A DNA stretch of 64,000 bases from an uncultured bacterium (GTDB lineage: Bacteria > Chlamydiota > Chlamydiia > Chlamydiales > SM23-39), in NCBI GenBank assembly GCA_963716985.1, contig OY970323.1, positions 1,888,001-1,952,000 of the forward strand. The letters run 5' to 3'. The notes beneath the pieces were generated by a model that made no database searches, was not told the DNA's origin, and saw nothing but the letters and a program-made list of their open reading frames with translations. This document shows, in pieces, positions 59,240 to 64,000 of this stretch (position 1 is the stretch's first letter; the number at the start of each line of letters is the position of its first letter). Both the position numbers and the translations under genes were made by a program.

Positions 59240-59295
59240 AAAACTCCTTAAAAAACTTTTTTTATAAGATCTATTTTATCACAAAGAAGAAGGTT

Positions 59296-60594
59296 TCACA
59301 AGTCAATGCCTTTAAAATACTCCTCTTCTAAAGAAACTTCTTTTTGATAGAGAGTGAAAAGCTTACGAGTTGGATAATAAAATTCTTGAGAAAGCTCAAA
59401 CTTTTTTTTAAGAGGATGTCGTTTCGTCAACTGATAAAAAATTTTACGCTCTTTTAAAAGAAAGGCTTTTCGAGAGGAGGATAGGCCATCTTTGCCCTTG
59501 GCTCGCTTCAAAGGCGCAAAGCAGGAGCTTTTGGAAGAGATAAGCGCTCCCGTTTTTTGAGAAGAAGGAAAGGCATCAAAGAGAAAACGCTCAAATTTGC
59601 ACACCTCTTTTTCCCCGCGGTTCCATCGGATTTTTTTCCGAACGCAATGAAGAGGAAGAAGAAGAGAGTCGGCTTTTTCCAAAAAGGCAAGACTCATGCA
59701 ATAAAGGCCGGTATTGGCAAAGGGGAAAGAGTGTAGTTCTTGCGGTGCAATTTCCATATATTCCACAACGCGTATTCCCGACGGCGCTTTTGCCAAAACT
59801 CCCATAGAAGCTTCTCCTTTGGGAGTTTGAATCGCCATGATTGCTACCTCACATTCATTTTCTTCCCTGTAGCCCAACAAATCGGCATCAAGAGGATCGG
59901 AAAGAGGATTGTCCACGGGGAAAACAAGGAGGTTTTCCACTCCTTTTTCCCTGCATATTCTTAAGAGATCCGCCCTCTGCAAACTTCGATAAAGGCCTCC
60001 ATTGCCGCAGGCTCTTGCGGCAAGAGATCCATTTTCTAAAAACCACTTTCCATGAAGATCGCAAAGCGGCAATAGATCTTGCGAAAAGAAAGCGACCTGC
60101 CTCTTTTTGAGGCCAAAAAAATGGTTCGTCTCAAAGAAAAGATTCGTCTCTTTTTGATTCAAAGAAGAGGTCATAATCATCAAGAATATTTCTTTTTGAT
60201 ACCTTTTTTGCGCTGCCAAAATTTTTTCGCAAAAGAGTTGAAAGAGGCTTTTTTGTTTGATTATTGTGAACGGAAGACATCCCTTAGGGCCGGGAAAACC
60301 AAGACGGCTTCCCTCTCCGGCAGCCAGCATCAACGCAGCCGCTTTCCCGCAAAAGAGCATTTCTTCCCCTCTGTCTCTATAGATCTTTTTCTTTCCTCCT
60401 TGCGCTTCCCATGGGACCGGCGGCCGATTTTCTTCTTGTTTTTTTTTCTTTTCGAAGAATTGCACCTCTTGGTCTAAAGCTTCTCTTTCAAAAGAATGGA
60501 TTTCCTCGAAAAGGCGCGATTTTTCTTCCCTTGTCGAAAAAAAAGAGAGCAAATGGGCCTGTCCCCACCGTTGTAAAAGCTTATCGGGATTCAT
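59296..60594 (-). CDS. Eukaryote-type UDP-GlcNAc/UDP-glucose pyrophosphorylase (UAP-like)
   Basis: AAGEGSRLG..GPKG, GNGG, VDNPL, KFERFLFD, FAPLK. Confidence 0.85.
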   Translation of the reverse strand: MNPDKLLQRWGQAHLLSFFSTREEKSRLFEEIHSFEREALDQEVQFFEKKKKQEENRPPVPWEAQGGKKKIYRDRGEEMLFCGKAAALMLAAGEGSRLGFPGPKGCLPFTIIKQKSLFQLFCEKILAAQKRYQKEIFLMIMTSSLNQKETNLFFETNHFFGLKKRQVAFFSQDLLPLCDLHGKWFLENGSLAARACGNGGLYRSLQRADLLRICREKGVENLLVFPVDNPLSDPLDADLLGYREENECEVAIMAIQTPKGEASMGVLAKAPSGIRVVEYMEIAPQELHSFPFANTGLYCMSLAFLEKADSLLLPLHCVRKKIRWNRGEKEVCKFERFLFDAFPSSQKTGALISSKSSCFAPLKRAKGKDGLSSSRKAFLLKERKIFYQLTKRHPLKKKFELSQEFYYPTRKLFTLYQKEVSLEEEYFKGIDL

Positions 60595-61507
60595 AGCAGC
60601 CACGCTGTGGGAAGAGATGCATGAGGATGTCATCGACTTGTATGTTGTTCATGTCTTCTTCTTCGGCAAGCAAAGGCACATGGATCAATTGCGTATTGGG
60701 AGATGCGACGCCCTGCTTCAAAATACCCTGGTTCGGATCAGACCAAAGAGAGATGATTTTTATTGGGAAAGGAGTGTCAAGAAAGTAGGTCATAGAGAGT
60801 ATTCCGGAATCGGGGACGATGAGATGCGTACACCGATTCTTGATAATTGAGAGCATCTGAAAAAGATCGGTTTTCTCACGCAGATCGATCACACAGGAAT
60901 GTTCAAAATCCATTTCCGAGCAGAGCCCAAAAAGCAACACCTGGACATCTTTGTGCATCTCGAGCCTATCAAAGAGCTCCTTCCACCTCTCGTTTGGCCA
61001 ATTGCGATAAAGTCCGTAGGCCGCCTCCGCCAAAGGATGCGCGCCGATCACAAGCGGCTTTTGGGGAATATCAAAAGAAGAATGCAGCGAATCTAACGAT
61101 TTCTTCCAGTGCATTTTTGGACAGAGATTGCCCAGCTGCCATTGCACCCAATAGGTGGGGTCGGGCTTTTCGATGATAAGATCAAAAGAAGAGGGATCAA
61201 TCTTTAGTTCTTTCAGCGTTTGCTCGACGGAATAAGGAACTCCCCTTTCCCATTCAGGAGCTTCAATGACCTGGACATTGCTGAGAAATTGAAAGCCCTG
61301 GACCAAATTTTTTCTCGTTAAAAAAGTAATGCGAGCGTCGGGAATATATTCACGAATGCGCGCGACAATTGCATAAAGGCCAAGAGCAATATCTCCGAGG
61401 CCCCGATTCCAGCCAAGAAGGATCTTTTTTTTACGCGCTCTTACGCTTCGCTTCAAAAGAAGCTCGAGCGGGTTGGGGCTGACTTTTCGGCAGATCGTTC
61501 TAAACAC
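60581..61507 (-). CDS. GT9 (heptosyltransferase-like) glycosyltransferase
   Basis: RGLGD, RNWP..RW, PDSG; start uncertain. Confidence 0.75.
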   Translation of the reverse strand: MFRTICRKVSPNPLELLLKRSVRARKKKILLGWNRGLGDIALGLYAIVARIREYIPDARITFLTRKNLVQGFQFLSNVQVIEAPEWERGVPYSVEQTLKELKIDPSSFDLIIEKPDPTYWVQWQLGNLCPKMHWKKSLDSLHSSFDIPQKPLVIGAHPLAEAAYGLYRNWPNERWKELFDRLEMHKDVQVLLFGLCSEMDFEHSCVIDLREKTDLFQMLSIIKNRCTHLIVPDSGILSMTYFLDTPFPIKIISLWSDPNQGILKQGVASPNTQLIHVPLLAEEEDMNNIQVDDILMHLFPQRGCYESR

Positions 61508-62552
61508 TTCCTTCCTTCCTTTCAAGCAGGGTTGCAATGGCTTGAAATACTTCCTCTGCTTCAATCTCTTTCATGCAGCGAAAATCCTTCGGACATACCC
61601 GATAAAAGCAAGGAGAACAGATCGCCTTCTTGTTGATGACAACTCCCTTTGCAAAAGGGCCCGTCATGATTTCACTCGTAGAGCCAAAAAGAGCGACAGA
61701 GGGAACTTCTAAAGCAGAGGCGATATGCATGGGCCCGCTATCATTTGTTAGAAGAAGATCGCACTCATGGATCAAACAGGCAAGCTCTCGGATCGTCGTT
61801 TTTCCCGCCATATTGACCGACTCTTTCGGCAATCCATCGCAGATGAACTTGATCAGAGGAGATGTCCGATCATCTCCAAAAAAAAGCACAAATGCATTTT
61901 TCTCTTGGATCAAACGCAAAGCCACCTCTTTGAAACGCTCGGGAATCCAGCATTTTGCCGATCCATAGGATGCGCCCGCATTGATCCCAATCAATCGTTT
62001 TCCCCTCTGATATCCGACCCGCCGTAAGAGTTCTCTTGCGCGAGAAAGCTCTTCTTCTTGAAGAACGAGGTAGGGAGCCGTTGCGGAGATCGGGATTTCA
62101 AGTTTTGTCAAAAGCTGCTTGTAGGTAAGAATTTGATGCTGCTCTTTGATGTTTTTCGGAAAAGAAACGGGCAGATTGAGAAGGGGTCTTCGAAAAAAAT
62201 TCGAAAAGCCTAGCCTCCATTTTACTCCTCCCATAAAAAACCACCAAGCCGAACGAAAGGAGTTGGTCAAAAGGATGCCAAGATCATATTCTCCTTGAAC
62301 CAGCTTATCGATGATATTCCCTTGCGCCTCTCTTCTAAAAAAACTGCCATCGTCTTTATGGAAGCAAAAAAGCTCGTCGAGATGAGGATCCTCTTGCAAA
62401 AGGGGGCAAAAAGGCGCGGGACACATAGCCGTAAGACGCGCTTGAGGGAAAGCCTTTTTCACGTCGTAGATGATAGGAGTTGCCATCACAACATCGCCCA
62501 GCCAGTTAGGCATGCGGATGAGAATATTTTTGGGTGAAAAAGGAAGGACCAT
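61500..62552 (-). CDS. waaF: LPS heptosyltransferase II
   Basis: PNWLGDVVMATP, GASYGSAKCW, NDSGPMHIA. Confidence 0.9.
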   Translation of the reverse strand: MVLPFSPKNILIRMPNWLGDVVMATPIIYDVKKAFPQARLTAMCPAPFCPLLQEDPHLDELFCFHKDDGSFFRREAQGNIIDKLVQGEYDLGILLTNSFRSAWWFFMGGVKWRLGFSNFFRRPLLNLPVSFPKNIKEQHQILTYKQLLTKLEIPISATAPYLVLQEEELSRARELLRRVGYQRGKRLIGINAGASYGSAKCWIPERFKEVALRLIQEKNAFVLFFGDDRTSPLIKFICDGLPKESVNMAGKTTIRELACLIHECDLLLTNDSGPMHIASALEVPSVALFGSTSEIMTGPFAKGVVINKKAICSPCFYRVCPKDFRCMKEIEAEEVFQAIATLLERKEGSV

Positions 62553-62736
62553 TTGCTTTTTTCTCCTGCAAAAAATTGTGGCACAATTGAGCAATAAAAG
62601 AAAAGAAAGCTTCACGATTTGAAAAATCTAAAAAATTTTTTTAAGCATCGTCTCAAAGATGCAGAGCGAATATCGCTTAGCGCTTGCTCGGCAAACAATA
62701 ATAAGAAAAGCCTGCAAGCTTCAAACACGAACAGGA

Positions 62737-62945
62737 TCAGTTAAAAAGATCGGCATGAGAGCCAGTACTAACCAGGATAATTTCCGCTTCGGTTTTTTTG
62801 TAAATTAACAGCCAATCGGGTTCGATATGGCATTCCCAATATCCGCTAAATGAGCCCTTAAGCTTGTGGCTATGGTATTTTTGCGGAAGTGGTTGGTCCT
62901 CTATAAGCAGCTTCAAAACAACGCGTAGCTTCTCAATCTTTTTAC
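62737..62945 (-). CDS. yafQ: YafQ-family toxin, N-terminus apparently truncated
   Basis: H.LKG...GYWECHIEPDWLLIY, TGSHADLF. Confidence 0.75.
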
Positions 62946-63193
62946 ATGTCCAATTTTTTAAAAAGATCGTTGATGTCTTTGCTATGTACAAGGTTTTTCC
63001 CTTTTTCGACCTGCTCGATCGCTTTCATAGTTTTGGCATTAGGGATATGGGAACCATAAAGATGTTCATGGATCCATTCAAGTACCAACTCTCTCATGCT
63101 TTTACCCGAAATGACTGCCAAAGTTTTTAATCTTTTATGATCCTCTTCTGGGACATCAATAGTCATGCGCGACAAATGACCCGCTGCGCTCAT
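62942..63193 (-). CDS. Antitoxin (RHH-like N-terminus, DinJ-like PNxxT C-terminus)
   Basis: RMTIDVPEEDHKRLK, IPNAKTMKAI; upstream of yafQ. Confidence 0.75.
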   Translation of the reverse strand: MSAAGHLSRMTIDVPEEDHKRLKTLAVISGKSMRELVLEWIHEHLYGSHIPNAKTMKAIEQVEKGKNLVHSKDINDLFKKLDM

Positions 63194-63468
63194 TGAAAAC
63201 TCCTTTTTCTTTTATGGTATCATATTTAAAGAAATAAAGAAAAACACACCATAGAAGATTCGAGACGTCAAAATCATCAAAAAGCCAGTACATTTGACCT
63301 TATCTTGCGCAATCCCTGAGCGCGATTATCGATCCTATTTTGCCGAATGGATCCCTATGGATTTTCAAGAACTCGTGCGAAAAATCAAAAAAGCGTCTAT
63401 GGTTTCAAAATAGGAACAACGCTTCCTCCCATACACAAAGGAATGGGTTTTTCGCGCTGCCAAATAGG

Positions 63469-64000
63469 ATGAAAGAAAAAACCAACCTTACGCTTCCAAA
63501 TCCCAAAAAAATCCTCTTGGGCATCGATCCCGGCACCCGCATTACCGGGTATGGCGTTCTCGACGCAACCTCCCATTCTTTGATGGCTCTCGACTATGGA
63601 TGCATTCGCCCACCCGCTTCTCTGCCTTTAGAAAAACGCTACCTCATCATTTTTCAAGCGCTCCAAAAGCTCATTGAGCTCTATGCGCCCATCTCCATTG
63701 CGGTAGAGACGCAGTTCGTGAAAAAAAACGTGCAGACCACTCTGAAGCTAGGCGGCGCGAAGGGCATCGTGCTTTTGGCTGCAGCTCTTCATGACATTCC
63801 GATCTATGAATATGCTCCCAAATCGGCTAAACTGGCCGTTGTCGGCCATGGGAGTGCGAGCAAAGAGCAGGTGCAAAAAATGATGCAGATGCTCTTAAAG
63901 CTGCCGTCTCCTCCCGCTCCGGAAGATGCATCCGATGCCTTAGCTTTAGCTCTTTGCCATGCGCATAACCTTCAAAAACATGAGAGGATAAGATGTTCGA
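63469..64000 (+). CDS. ruvC: Holliday junction resolvase RuvC (runs to window end; a probable ruvA ATG begins at 63993)
   Basis: LGIDPGTRITGYG, AVETQF, EYAP, DASDALALA. Confidence 0.93.
   Translation, partial: MKEKTNLTLPNPKKILLGIDPGTRITGYGVLDATSHSLMALDYGCIRPPASLPLEKRYLIIFQALQKLIELYAPISIAVETQFVKKNVQTTLKLGGAKGIVLLAAALHDIPIYEYAPKSAKLAVVGHGSASKEQVQKMMQMLLKLPSPPAPEDASDALALALCHAHNLQKHERIRCS

Noticed and set aside
63255..63413. Startless open frame (IRDVKIIKKPVHL...MVSK*)
   Set aside because: Possibly a gene remnant, but no start codon or recognisable family.

Overview
A 64-kb chromosomal window that looks chlamydial (phylum Chlamydiota, probably an environmental lineage). This is inferred from the rpsB-tsf-pyrH-frr operon with tRNA-Gly and a very long PBP2, a eukaryote-type UDP-GlcNAc pyrophosphorylase beside gpsA/nnr, and DUF2608-like and Lpg1974-like proteins. 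Housekeeping blocks are feoAB, kdpFABC, namZ, pntA2/pntB, wrbA, tpx, a bifunctional IspD-SDR, uxs/wzc/wza/epimerase, waaF and ruvC. They are interleaved with repeatedly duplicated, often broken small membrane-protein genes and many mobile elements. These include three MITE families (94, 115, 166 bp) with clear TIRs/TSDs and a 1,966-bp IS with about 75-bp TIRs encoding a DUF6399-like protein. The most striking region, 27.0-31.6 kb, holds a truncated group II intron, an 867-nt ORF-less group II intron whose removal restores a reading frame, an IS607 with a long zinc-finger-less TnpB inserted in the tRNA-Lys terminator, and a stand-alone IscB/HEARO-type omegaRNA with no nuclease gene between frr and tRNA-Glu. 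All family assignments were made by eye from motifs; no database searches were run.
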